From a virus, in UHGV virus genome UHGV-0038498: a DNA stretch of 64,000 bases. One strand, 5' to 3'. Below the pieces are notes generated by a model. The model searched no databases, had not been told where the DNA came from, and saw only the letters and a list, made by a program, of their open reading frames with translations. The position numbers and the translations under genes are program-made. This document shows positions 37,113 through 46,156 of the stretch, piece by piece. Each line of letters begins with the position of its first letter. Position 1 is the stretch's first letter.

Positions 37113-37853
37113 ATGATTAGTGACTCTATGACAGTTGAAGAAATCCGTCTTCATTTGGGGCTTGCATTAAAGGAAAAAGATTTCGTAGTTGATAAAACTG
37201 GCGTTAAAACTATTGAAATTATTGGCGCATCATTTGTAGCAGATGAACCGTTTATTTTTGGCGCTCTTAATGATGAATACATTCAGCGTGAACTTGAATG
37301 GTATAAATCTAAAAGTTTGTTTGTTAAAGATATTCCAGGTGAAACACCGAAGATTTGGCAACAGGTAGCATCTTCTAAAGGCGAAATTAACTCGAATTAT
37401 GGTTGGGCCATCTGGTCAGAAGATAACTATGCTCAGTATGATATGTGTTTAGCTGAACTTGGTCAAAATCCTGATTCTCGACGCGGTATCATGATTTATA
37501 CTCGTCCATCCATGCAGTTTGACTACAATAAAGATGGTATGTCAGATTTCATGTGTACGAATACAGTACAGTACCTGATTCGTGATAAGAAAGTCAATGC
37601 AGTAGTGAGCATGCGTTCAAATGACGTTGTCTTCGGATTCCGTAATGATTATGCATGGCAAAAATACGTACTAGATAAATTAGTATCTGATTTGAATGCA
37701 GGTGATTCAACTCGTCAGTATAAAGCAGGTTCTATTATATGGAATGTTGGAAGTCTTCATGTATATTCTCGTCATTTTTACTTGGTTGATCATTGGTGGA
37801 ATACTGGCGAAACTCATATTGTGAAAAAAGATTATAATGGTGAGTGGAAATGA
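37113..37853 (+). CDS. 42: dCMP hydroxymethylase
   Basis: 246 aa, same length as T4 gp42. Confidence 0.93.
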   Translation: MISDSMTVEEIRLHLGLALKEKDFVVDKTGVKTIEIIGASFVADEPFIFGALNDEYIQRELEWYKSKSLFVKDIPGETPKIWQQVASSKGEINSNYGWAIWSEDNYAQYDMCLAELGQNPDSRRGIMIYTRPSMQFDYNKDGMSDFMCTNTVQYLIRDKKVNAVVSMRSNDVVFGFRNDYAWQKYVLDKLVSDLNAGDSTRQYKAGSIIWNVGSLHVYSRHFYLVDHWWNTGETHIVKKDYNGEWK

Positions 37854-38692
37854 TTCAATTCGTAATTCCAAGCTATCAACGCGTAGGGGCAGTTTCTGCC
37901 CTTGATATGTTTCCGACTGATTATGAACCTCATATTGTAGTACGTGAACACGAAGAAAAAGCTTATTATGACGCTTACGGGTCTAGAGCTAAAATTATAA
38001 CTATTCCTGATGATGTTAACGGAATTGCTGGTACTCGTAAAGCAATTACTGATATGTATGCAGGTCAACGAATTTGGATGATTGATGATGATACTACTAT
38101 TCGTATGAGTTCAATGCGAAAGAAAGATGATCGTCGCTGCGTAGATAAAATTAATCAGTTAACTCGTGAACAGTTCTATGAATTGATTCAATACGTTGAA
38201 GATGCCATGGATTGCGGGTATTATCATGGTCATGCTCGTCTGCCTATTTTTAAAATTACTTCATCTTGGGGTAATTATCGTGAAAATTCATATGGATTTA
38301 CGAATACCTGGTATGACCTCGGAAAACTTACAACAGAACAAATTGGGTATGGAAAAATTGATTTATGCGAAGATATGTATGCATTTCTCAATTTAATTAA
38401 TCAAGGTTATCCGCATTTGGCCTTGTTCAAATATCTGGTTGTATCTGGAAAAGCGCAAGCTCCTGGCGGATGTAGTTCAATTCGTAGTAATTCAAAACAT
38501 AATAGAGCTCTTGAGCAAATCAATAGAGAGTTTCCAGAGCAAGCTCGTTGGAAAACATCGAATATTGAAAAGAGAAAATCGTTGGGTGAAGAAGACGAGC
38601 CATTAAAGGTTCTTCGTATGTGTGTTTCGCGCAAAGAAAAATCAGAAGCGTTTCATAAGTTTAATGCTATTCATCCAATAGCAGTTGATTAA
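37850..38692 (+). CDS. putative DNA-modifying glycosyltransferase (not T4-type beta-gt)
   Basis: 280 aa at the bgt locus; DxD-like IWMIDDDTTI; no resemblance to T4 beta-gt N-terminus as recalled. Confidence 0.6.
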   Translation: MIQFVIPSYQRVGAVSALDMFPTDYEPHIVVREHEEKAYYDAYGSRAKIITIPDDVNGIAGTRKAITDMYAGQRIWMIDDDTTIRMSSMRKKDDRRCVDKINQLTREQFYELIQYVEDAMDCGYYHGHARLPIFKITSSWGNYRENSYGFTNTWYDLGKLTTEQIGYGKIDLCEDMYAFLNLINQGYPHLALFKYLVVSGKAQAPGGCSSIRSNSKHNRALEQINREFPEQARWKTSNIEKRKSLGEEDEPLKVLRMCVSRKEKSEAFHKFNAIHPIAVD

Positions 38693-38769
38693 TGCCTAAA
38701 TTTATTGTGTTATAATTACTCTATCTTTAACCAGTGAGGAAAATATAATGTTGCCTATGGAAAAAATGA

Positions 38770-39951
38770 ATGTCTATTGCAGATTTAAAATCCCGTTTGA
38801 TTAAAGCTTCCACTTCTAAAATGACTGCTGAACTGACTACATCTAAATTCTTTAATGAAAAGGATGTAATCCGTACAAAAATCCCAATGCTTAATATCGC
38901 TATTTCTGGTGCGATTGATGGTGGTATGCAGTCTGGTTTAACCATTTTTGCAGGTCCTTCTAAACACTTTAAATCAAATATGTCTTTGACTATGGTTGCG
39001 GCGTATTTGAACAAATATCCTGACGCGGTATGTCTATTTTATGATAGCGAATTTGGTATTACTCCAGCTTATTTGCGATCCATGGGAGTTGACCCGGAAC
39101 GAGTAATTCATACACCAATTCAGTCAGTTGAACAGCTGAAAATTGATATGGTGAATCAGCTTGAAGCTATTGAGCGTGGTGAAAAAGTTATTGTATTCAT
39201 CGACTCAATCGGTAATATGGCTTCTAAGAAAGAAACGGAAGATGCCTTGAATGAAAAATCTGTGGCAGATATGACTCGTGCTAAATCACTGAAGTCATTA
39301 TTCCGTATTGTTACTCCTTATTTTAGTATTAAAAACATTCCATGCGTTGCGGTTAACCATACAATTGAAACAATTGAAATGTTTAGTAAAACCGTGATGA
39401 CAGGTGGTACAGGCGTAATGTATTCGGCTGATACCGTATTCATTATCGGTAAGCGCCAGATTAAAGATGGTTCTGATCTTCAGGGGTATCAATTTGTTCT
39501 AAATGTAGAAAAATCTCGTACCGTCAAAGAAAAAAGTAAATTCTTTATTGATGTTAAATTTGACGGTGGTATCGATCCTTATTCTGGATTGTTAGATATG
39601 GCTCTTGAATTAGGATTTGTGGTAAAACCTAAAAATGGCTGGTATGCTCGTGAATTTCTTGATGAAGAAACCGGCGAGATGATTCGCGAAGAAAAATCTT
39701 GGCGTGCAAAAGATACCAACTGCACTACATTCTGGGGTCCTTTATTTAAGCATCAACCATTCCGAGATGCTATTAAACGTGCTTATCAGTTAGGTGCTAT
39801 TGATAGTAATGAAATTGTTGAAGCTGAAGTTGATGAATTGATTAACTCAAAGGTTGAAAAATTTAAATCTCCAGAAAGTAAAAGTAAATCAGCAGCTGAT
39901 TTAGAAACTGACCTAGATCAGTTAAGTGATATGGAAGAATTTAATGAATAA
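38770..39951 (+). CDS. uvsX: RecA-like recombinase UvsX
   Basis: 393 aa; Walker A GPSKHFKS; near-identical to T4 UvsX as recalled. Confidence 0.95.
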   Translation: MSIADLKSRLIKASTSKMTAELTTSKFFNEKDVIRTKIPMLNIAISGAIDGGMQSGLTIFAGPSKHFKSNMSLTMVAAYLNKYPDAVCLFYDSEFGITPAYLRSMGVDPERVIHTPIQSVEQLKIDMVNQLEAIERGEKVIVFIDSIGNMASKKETEDALNEKSVADMTRAKSLKSLFRIVTPYFSIKNIPCVAVNHTIETIEMFSKTVMTGGTGVMYSADTVFIIGKRQIKDGSDLQGYQFVLNVEKSRTVKEKSKFFIDVKFDGGIDPYSGLLDMALELGFVVKPKNGWYAREFLDEETGEMIREEKSWRAKDTNCTTFWGPLFKHQPFRDAIKRAYQLGAIDSNEIVEAEVDELINSKVEKFKSPESKSKSAADLETDLDQLSDMEEFNE

Positions 39952-40288
39952 AGATGATTTAGATTTAGATCTAGAAATTATCGATGAATCCCCCTCTTCG
40001 GAGGGGGAAGAAGAAAGAAAAGAACGTCTTTTTAATGAATCTCTTAAGATAATTAAATCTGCCATGGAAAATGTTATCCAGGAGATTGTCATTAAACTAG
40101 AAGACGGTTCTACACACATTGTGTATGTGACAAAATTAGATTGGGTTGATGGAAAAGTCGTAATGGACTTTGCTGTTCTTGACCAAGAAAGAAAAGCTGA
40201 GTTAGCTCCTCATGTAGAAAAATGTATTACAATGCAACTACAAGATGCATTTAATAAAAGGTCAAAGAAAAAATTTAAATTCTTTTAA
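39944..40288 (+). CDS. 40: head vertex assembly chaperone gp40
   Basis: About 114 aa from ATG 39944; synteny uvsX-40-41; contains internal GC hairpin. Confidence 0.7.
   Translation: MNKDDLDLDLEIIDESPSSEGEEERKERLFNESLKIIKSAMENVIQEIVIKLEDGSTHIVYVTKLDWVDGKVVMDFAVLDQERKAELAPHVEKCITMQLQDAFNKRSKKKFKFF
39990..40007 (+). other. GC-rich UUCG-tetraloop hairpin inside gene 40 coding sequence
   Basis: CCCCCTC-TTCG-GAGGGGG, 7-bp G/C stem in AT-rich context, no U-run. Confidence 0.5.
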
Positions 40289-40297
40289 GGAGTAAGT

Positions 40298-41725
40298 GTG
40301 GTAGAAATTATTCTTTCTCATCTCATATTTGATCAAGCTTATTTTTCAAAAGTTTGGCCATATATGGATTCAGAATATTTTGAAAGTGGTCCAGCTAAAA
40401 ATACATTCAAATTAATTAAATCTCATGTTAATGAATACCATAGCGTTCCATCTATTAATGCGTTAAATGTTGCGCTAGAAAATAGTTCATTTACTGAAAC
40501 AGAATATTCTGGTGTAAAAACACTTATTTCGAAACTAGCCGATTCTCCAGAAGACCACAGCTGGTTAGTAAAAGAAACAGAAAAATATGTTCAGCAAAGG
40601 GCGATGTTTAATGCTACGTCTAAAATAATTGAAATTCAAACCAATGCTGAGCTTCCTCCGGAAAAACGAAATAAGAAAATGCCGGATGTTGGTGCTATTC
40701 CTGACATCATGCGCCAAGCATTATCAATTTCATTTGATAGTTATGTTGGTCATGATTGGATGGATGACTACGAAGCACGTTGGCTATCTTATATGAATAA
40801 AGCTCGTAAGGTTCCATTTAAACTCAAAATTCTAAATAAAATTACTAAAGGCGGAGCTGAAACTGGAACACTGAACGTTTTAATGGCCGGTGTTAACGTT
40901 GGTAAGTCATTAGGTCTGTGTTCATTAGCAGCAGATTATTTGCAGCTCGGACATAATGTTCTTTACATTTCCATGGAAATGGCAGAAGAAGTCTGTGCTA
41001 AGCGTATTGATGCTAATATGCTTGATGTTTCTCTCGATGACATTGATGACGGGCATATTTCTTACGCTGAGTATAAAGGAAAAATGGAAAAATGGCGTGA
41101 GAAATCTACTCTCGGTCGTTTAATCGTTAAACAGTATCCTACTGGTGGAGCAGACGCTAATACATTTCGATCTCTTTTAAACGAATTAAAGCTCAAGAAG
41201 AATTTTGTTCCAACAATCATTATTGTTGACTATCTGGGTATTTGTAAATCTTGCCGCATCAGAGTTTATTCAGAAAATAGTTACACAACTGTTAAAGCCA
41301 TCGCAGAAGAATTGCGTGCTCTTGCTGTTGAAACCGAAACTGTTCTTTGGACTGCAGCGCAGGTTGGTAAGCAAGCTTGGGATTCTTCTGATGTTAACAT
41401 GAGCGATATTGCAGAATCTGCCGGTCTTCCAGCAACAGCCGATTTTATGCTTGCGGTCATTGAAACCGAGGAGTTAGCAGCTGCTGAACAACAACTAATT
41501 AAGCAAATCAAATCACGATATGGTGATAAGAATAAATGGAATAAGTTTTTGATGGGTGTTCAAAAAGGAAATCAGAAATGGGTAGAAATTGAGCAAGATT
41601 CTACTCCAACCGAAGTGAACGAAGTAGCAGGTTCACAGCAGATTCAGGCTGAACAGAATCGTTATCAAAGAAACGAATCCGCTCGAGCTCAGTTAGATGC
41701 TTTGGCAAATGAATTAAAATTTTAG
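40298..41725 (+). CDS. 41: replicative DNA helicase gp41 (DnaB-like)
   Basis: 475 aa, MVEIILSHLIFDQAYFSKVWPYMD matches T4 gp41; Walker A GVNVGKS; GTG start. Confidence 0.95.
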   Translation: MVEIILSHLIFDQAYFSKVWPYMDSEYFESGPAKNTFKLIKSHVNEYHSVPSINALNVALENSSFTETEYSGVKTLISKLADSPEDHSWLVKETEKYVQQRAMFNATSKIIEIQTNAELPPEKRNKKMPDVGAIPDIMRQALSISFDSYVGHDWMDDYEARWLSYMNKARKVPFKLKILNKITKGGAETGTLNVLMAGVNVGKSLGLCSLAADYLQLGHNVLYISMEMAEEVCAKRIDANMLDVSLDDIDDGHISYAEYKGKMEKWREKSTLGRLIVKQYPTGGADANTFRSLLNELKLKKNFVPTIIIVDYLGICKSCRIRVYSENSYTTVKAIAEELRALAVETETVLWTAAQVGKQAWDSSDVNMSDIAESAGLPATADFMLAVIETEELAAAEQQLIKQIKSRYGDKNKWNKFLMGVQKGNQKWVEIEQDSTPTEVNEVAGSQQIQAEQNRYQRNESARAQLDALANELKF

Positions 41726-41758
41726 TTTACAAGCCGACAAGACTATGGTATAGTAGTC
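41720..41758 (+). promoter_or_regulatory. T4-type early promoter with palindrome around -10
   Basis: GTTTACAAG; AAGACTA-tggtatag-TAGTCTT inverted repeat. Confidence 0.55.
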
Positions 41759-41783
41759 TTGTTGGTTAAATGAGGAGATTGTT

Positions 41784-41966
41784 ATGGAATTGGTAAAGGT
41801 AGTTTTTATGGGGTGGTTTAAGAACGAAAGCATGTTTACTAAAGAAATCACAATGATGAAAGATGACGTTCAATGGACTACTAATCAATATGCTGAAGTT
41901 AATAAAGCACTAGTTAAAGCTTTCATTGATGACAAGAAAGTATGCGAAGTGGATTGCCGAGGATAA
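41784..41966 (+). CDS. dmd: Dmd-like antitoxin (inhibitor of RnlA/LsoA), T4 61.5 position
   Basis: 60 aa, first gene after 41 with own early promoter; assignment from recalled T4 order. Confidence 0.6.
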   Translation: MELVKVVFMGWFKNESMFTKEITMMKDDVQWTTNQYAEVNKALVKAFIDDKKVCEVDCRG

Positions 41967-41967
41967 T

Positions 41968-42225
41968 ATGCATATTGTTTTATTTAAACCTACACCGTAT
42001 AACGTCAGGAAAAACACTCAATTCAAAGCACTTATCGCAGATACGTGGGAATTGGTATTAGATATTCCGGCAGAAGAAAGTCCTCCATTTGGTCGAGTGG
42101 AATTTATTAAGTTTGCTGTGCGCCCTACGAAGCGACAGATTCGCCAATGCAAAAGATACTTTCGTAAAATCGTCAAGTTAGAGAAACAGTTTGTAACATG
42201 TGATTATGCAGAAGTTTTAAAATAG
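41968..42225 (+). CDS. hypothetical protein (85 aa), 61.4 position
   Basis: ATG overlapping dmd stop; basic C-terminus. Confidence 0.5.
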   Translation: MHIVLFKPTPYNVRKNTQFKALIADTWELVLDIPAEESPPFGRVEFIKFAVRPTKRQIRQCKRYFRKIVKLEKQFVTCDYAEVLK

Positions 42226-42262
42226 CTGTTTACTTTTATTGGAAATTGAGATACTATATAAA
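42222..42262 (+). promoter_or_regulatory. T4-type early promoter
   Basis: GTTTAC ... GATACTATA. Confidence 0.5.
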
Positions 42263-42285
42263 CATAAATTACTGAGGAGATTATC

Positions 42286-42579
42286 ATGAAAAAATTTATC
42301 TTTGCTACAATTTTTGCTTTATCTTCTTGTGCTGCTCAGCCTGCTATGGCGGGTTATGACAAAGATTTGTGTGAATGGTCTATGACTGCAGATCAGACTG
42401 AAGTTGAAACTCAAATTGAAGCAGATATTATGAATATTGTTGAGCGTGACCGTCCTGAAATGAAAGCTGAAGTACAAAAACAGCTTAAGTCTGGTGGTGT
42501 AATGCAGTATAATTATGTTCTGTATTGCGATAAAAACTTTAATAATAAAAATATCATCGCTGAAGTGGTAGGTGAATAA
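42286..42579 (+). CDS. sp: Spackle-like periplasmic protein (T4 sp/61.3)
   Basis: 97 aa with cleavable signal peptide; own early promoter. Confidence 0.6.
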   Translation: MKKFIFATIFALSSCAAQPAMAGYDKDLCEWSMTADQTEVETQIEADIMNIVERDRPEMKAEVQKQLKSGGVMQYNYVLYCDKNFNNKNIIAEVVGE

Positions 42580-43205
42580 TGCTCTATCAAATGCACAAGT
42601 GCAAAGATACATACAAATATAAAGGTGCTCAGTGTTATATCATTAATCGTGAAAACGCGGGTCCAGGTCATTCGCATCAATCACGGTTTGTATTCGTTAA
42701 AAACAATGAAATTATAGCAGTTGCTAATTACATGCTTGTGACTAATGACGTTAATCCGGTGCCTTTTACATATTATAATCTAATGGATTTGGCGTACGAT
42801 TATAATTGGTTTAATCATGATACTTTGGCTCATATTGAAGGCGTAGGATTTGACATCTCTTATTCTAGTTACTCGTTGTGTCCTATGAGCAGAGCTCATA
42901 AAGAGCCTGAATATTTTTCATTTCGTCGGCGTGTAGATTTTGAACGCAGCACAGAGTATGTCGGTGGAATCTTTGTTAAAGATAATCGAATTACTCGCAT
43001 TATTTATCCTTTGGGCTGTGGTCAAAAAGATATTGATGTTGATTTAGACTTTACTGAAAACATCATTAATCATATTGCTTCTGTGTATTTTGATATTGAT
43101 CACAAAATTGTAATATGTGGATATGAATTACCGTCAGAAAAACAGTCTAAAGTAGATGTTTCTATTGATGACCAAATTTTTAATGCTTTTATGAATAGAG
43201 GTTAA
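42579..43205 (+). CDS. hypothetical protein (208 aa), 61.2/AdfA-like position
   Basis: ORF track; synteny only. Confidence 0.5.
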   Translation: MLYQMHKCKDTYKYKGAQCYIINRENAGPGHSHQSRFVFVKNNEIIAVANYMLVTNDVNPVPFTYYNLMDLAYDYNWFNHDTLAHIEGVGFDISYSSYSLCPMSRAHKEPEYFSFRRRVDFERSTEYVGGIFVKDNRITRIIYPLGCGQKDIDVDLDFTENIINHIASVYFDIDHKIVICGYELPSEKQSKVDVSIDDQIFNAFMNRG

Positions 43206-43206
43206 T

Positions 43207-43371
43207 ATGAAAACGTTTAAAGAATTTATTAAAGAAGATATGGTAGCTGGAGATTCAGGTGGTAATCCTGAAAATATCTCTACTGGAACAACGTCAGGCG
43301 CTGTAGTAAATAAAGGTCCTGAGCAGATTCCTAAAAAGAAAAAAGAGGAATCTAAAGAAAAAGAAGAGTAA
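43207..43371 (+). CDS. hypothetical Lys/Glu-rich protein (54 aa)
   Basis: Hand-translated; immediately upstream of primase. Confidence 0.4.
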   Translation: MKTFKEFIKEDMVAGDSGGNPENISTGTTSGAVVNKGPEQIPKKKKEESKEKEE

Positions 43372-43373
43372 AA

Positions 43374-44402
43374 ATGCCATCAATACCTTGGATTGATAAT
43401 GAGTTTGCATACCGTGCATTAGCTCATTTACCTAAATTCGCACAAGTAAATAATAGTTCAACTTTTAAATTACGGTTTAGATGCCCTGTTTGTGGAGATT
43501 CAAAAACCGACCAAAATAAAGCCCGTGGATGGTATTATGGCGATAATAATGAAGGAAATATTCATTGTTATAACTGTAACTATCATGCACCAATCGGAAT
43601 ATATTTAAAGGAGTTTGAACCTGATTTATATCGTGAGTATATCTTTGAAATAAGAAAAGAAAAAGGTAAAAGTCGTCCAATAGAAAAACCTAAAGAACTT
43701 CCTAAACAACCTGAGAAGAAAATAATTAAATCTCTTCCGTCATGCATTAGATTAGATAAACTGGCGGAAGACCATCCAATTATAAAATATGTAAAAGCTC
43801 GTTGTATTCCAAAGGATAAATGGAAATATCTTTGGTTTACAACCGAATGGCCTAAATTAGTTAATAGTATAGCGCCAGGAACATATAAAAAGGAAATACC
43901 TGAGCCTCGTCTTGTTATTCCAATTTATAATGCTAACGGAAAAGCTGAGTCTTTTCAAGGACGTGCATTAAAGAAAGATGCTCCTCAAAAATATATCACC
44001 ATCAAAGCTTATCCTGAGGCAACAAAAATTTATGGAGTTGAACGAGTCAAAGATGGTGATGTATATGTTCTAGAAGGACCTATAGATTCACTTTTTATTG
44101 AAAATGGTATAGCTATTACGGGCGGTCAATTAGACCTAGAAATTGTTCCATTTAAAGATAGACGTGTGTGGGTTTTAGATAATGAACCTCGTCACCCTGA
44201 CACTATTAAACGAATGACTAAATTGGTTGATGCAGGAGAAAGGGTTATGTTTTGGGACAAATCTCCCTGGAAATCAAAGGATGTTAATGATATGATTAGA
44301 AAGGAAGGTGCAACCCCTGAACAAATTATGGAATATATGAAAAATAATATTGCCCAAGGGTTGATGGCTAAAATGCGGCTATCTAAATATGCTAAGATTT
44401 AA
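43374..44402 (+). CDS. 61: DNA primase gp61
   Basis: 342 aa; Zn-ribbon CPVCGDS..CYNCNYH and TOPRIM-like core. Confidence 0.93.
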   Translation: MPSIPWIDNEFAYRALAHLPKFAQVNNSSTFKLRFRCPVCGDSKTDQNKARGWYYGDNNEGNIHCYNCNYHAPIGIYLKEFEPDLYREYIFEIRKEKGKSRPIEKPKELPKQPEKKIIKSLPSCIRLDKLAEDHPIIKYVKARCIPKDKWKYLWFTTEWPKLVNSIAPGTYKKEIPEPRLVIPIYNANGKAESFQGRALKKDAPQKYITIKAYPEATKIYGVERVKDGDVYVLEGPIDSLFIENGIAITGGQLDLEIVPFKDRRVWVLDNEPRHPDTIKRMTKLVDAGERVMFWDKSPWKSKDVNDMIRKEGATPEQIMEYMKNNIAQGLMAKMRLSKYAKI

Positions 44403-44599
44403 ATTAACCCAACTAAAGCAAATGCTAAATCTACGAATGTATCAAGAGTAATTACCGGAATATTAACACCATGAGCGATAGCAATTGGCGATAAAATAAA
44501 GTTCCAGAGTAAAATTCCTACCATAGCAGAAATAGTAAAAGCTATACGTTTTTTATTACCTTTTATGGCATTAACAAGTGCCATTAATTTTTGTACCAT
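44399..44599 (-). CDS. small two-TM membrane protein, antisense (66 aa)
   Basis: Minus-strand ORF with AAGGAGGA 7 nt before ATG; convergent with gene 61. Confidence 0.55.
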   Translation of the reverse strand: MVQKLMALVNAIKGNKKRIAFTISAMVGILLWNFILSPIAIAHGVNIPVITLDTFVDLAFALVGLI

Positions 44600-44670
44600 A
44601 TATCCTCCTTATTGCTTTATATATTTATTGTATAATTAATCTACTAACCCATGAATTGAAAGGAAAAATA

Positions 44671-45189
44671 ATGGCATACTTTAATGAATGTTCACAACTG
44701 ATCGAAGGCGCTGATAAAGCTCAAAATGAATACTGGGATATTCTCGGTGATGAAAAAGACCCGCTGCAGGTTATGCTTGATATGCAGAAATCTCTGCAGG
44801 TTCGTTTAGCTAAAGATAAACCTGAATATAACCGTCATCCTGATGATTTGGCTACTGCAGGCGAAGTTGTTGATTGGCTGCGTAATCAGAAAGATTATAT
44901 TGATGATGAATTCCGCGAACTACTGACTTCTCTTGGTGGTATGAGCAATGGCGAAAAAGATGCATCTGCTGTATGGAAGCCATGGAAAGCTCAACATGGT
45001 GAACGTCGTGAAACTCTGATTACTGATTTGTCTCCACAAGACCAGTTGGAAATTAAATTCGAAATGATTGATATTCTTCATTTCGTTCTGAACATGTTCC
45101 AAGGTCTCGGTCTTACAGCTGAAGAAATCTTTAAACTTTATTATCTAAAAAATGCCGAAAACTTCGCTCGTCAAGACCGAGGTTATTAA
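44671..45189 (+). CDS. 56: dCTPase/dUTPase gp56 (MazG-like)
   Basis: 172 aa from ATG 44671; length and position match T4 gp56. Confidence 0.88.
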   Translation: MAYFNECSQLIEGADKAQNEYWDILGDEKDPLQVMLDMQKSLQVRLAKDKPEYNRHPDDLATAGEVVDWLRNQKDYIDDEFRELLTSLGGMSNGEKDASAVWKPWKAQHGERRETLITDLSPQDQLEIKFEMIDILHFVLNMFQGLGLTAEEIFKLYYLKNAENFARQDRGY

Positions 45190-45223
45190 TATAAACGACA
45201 GCTTAAAAGCTGTGAGAATTTAT

Positions 45224-45231
45224 TATAAATA
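45224..45231 (+). promoter_or_regulatory. late promoter TATAAATA (soc)
   Basis: Exact TATAAATA about 30 nt upstream of soc. Confidence 0.7.
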
Positions 45232-45261
45232 GTCATGTAATTTAAATAAAAGGAGAATTAC

Positions 45262-45507
45262 ATGGCTAGTACTCGCGGTTATGTTAATATTAAAACATTT
45301 GAGCAGAAATTAGATGGAAATAAGAAAATTGAAGGAAAAGAAATTTCTGTAGCTTTCCCTCTTTATTCTGACGTTCACAAAATTTCTGGCGCTCATTATC
45401 AGACATTCCCTTCAGAAAAAGCAGCATATTCTACAGTATATGAAGAAAATCAACGTGATGCATGGATTACTGCAAACGAAGATTTGTGGAAAGTAACTGG
45501 TGAATAA
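45262..45507 (+). CDS. soc: small outer capsid protein Soc
   Basis: 81 aa MASTRGYVNIKTFEQKLDGNKKIEGKEIS matches T4 Soc; TATAAATA late promoter upstream. Confidence 0.93.
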   Translation: MASTRGYVNIKTFEQKLDGNKKIEGKEISVAFPLYSDVHKISGAHYQTFPSEKAAYSTVYEENQRDAWITANEDLWKVTGE

Positions 45508-45511
45508 ATTC

Positions 45512-45537
45512 AAGGACTCCTTCGGGAGTCCTTTTTT
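45512..45537 (+). terminator. intrinsic terminator, UUCG tetraloop
   Basis: AAGGACTCC-TTCG-GGAGTCCTT then T5 after soc. Confidence 0.75.
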
Positions 45538-45541
45538 CATT

Positions 45542-45582
45542 TTACCGGTTTACTTTCCAAAATGAGTATGATATAATAGAAT
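45542..45582 (+). promoter_or_regulatory. T4-type early promoter, cassette shared with 5215-5255
   Basis: GTTTAC ... GATATAAT. Confidence 0.6.
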
Positions 45583-45603
45583 TATCTTATAGAGGAGAGC
45601 ACT

Positions 45604-45810
45604 ATGTTAAATCGCTGGATTAAACCAAATGAAGATTTAGATATTATCATTTCACGGCATGTAATGAAGAAATATGAACTACAGCCATGGTCTACAGAAG
45701 TTGTTGTGCATTCATTTATGATGTACGCAGATGGTTCTGTTGAATTTAATGCAGAGATTCGATATGATTATGGCGAGAAGCAAGTTGAATTCAAAAGAGG
45801 CTTTTTGTAA
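45604..45810 (+). CDS. hypothetical protein (68 aa)
   Basis: ORF track; early promoter and GAGGAG SD upstream. Confidence 0.55.
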   Translation: MLNRWIKPNEDLDIIISRHVMKKYELQPWSTEVVVHSFMMYADGSVEFNAEIRYDYGEKQVEFKRGFL

Positions 45811-46148
45811 TGTTTATCTTTAATTGGTTTAAAAGTTTCTTTACGGATTTTTTCTCTACAACTCCCGGAGAAGGTGTAGTTCCTATTTCAAACGACTACC
45901 TCCCTTTAACTGTAGTTGAATATGTTTATATGGGAGATGGAACAGTAGAAGCAGTTACTATGACTTATGAAGAAGCCCAAGAATATTATAAAAATCCTTG
46001 GCGTTGGTCAACACCTACATCATCTAATACGCAGAATACACAGTCTAGTTCTGATTCATATGATACTAATGTTCCTGTTCATGTATGGACGGGCGATTCA
46101 TGTGGAAGTTCTTGTGATTCTAGTTGTTCATCTACATCTTGTGATTGA
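45810..46148 (+). CDS. hypothetical protein with Ser/Cys-rich C-terminal tail (112 aa)
   Basis: C-terminus [17 protein letters not shown]. Confidence 0.55.
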   Translation: MFIFNWFKSFFTDFFSTTPGEGVVPISNDYLPLTVVEYVYMGDGTVEAVTMTYEEAQEYYKNPWRWSTPTSSNTQNTQSSSDSYDTNVPVHVWTGDSCGSSCDSSCSSTSCD

Positions 46149-46156
46149 GGAAAATT

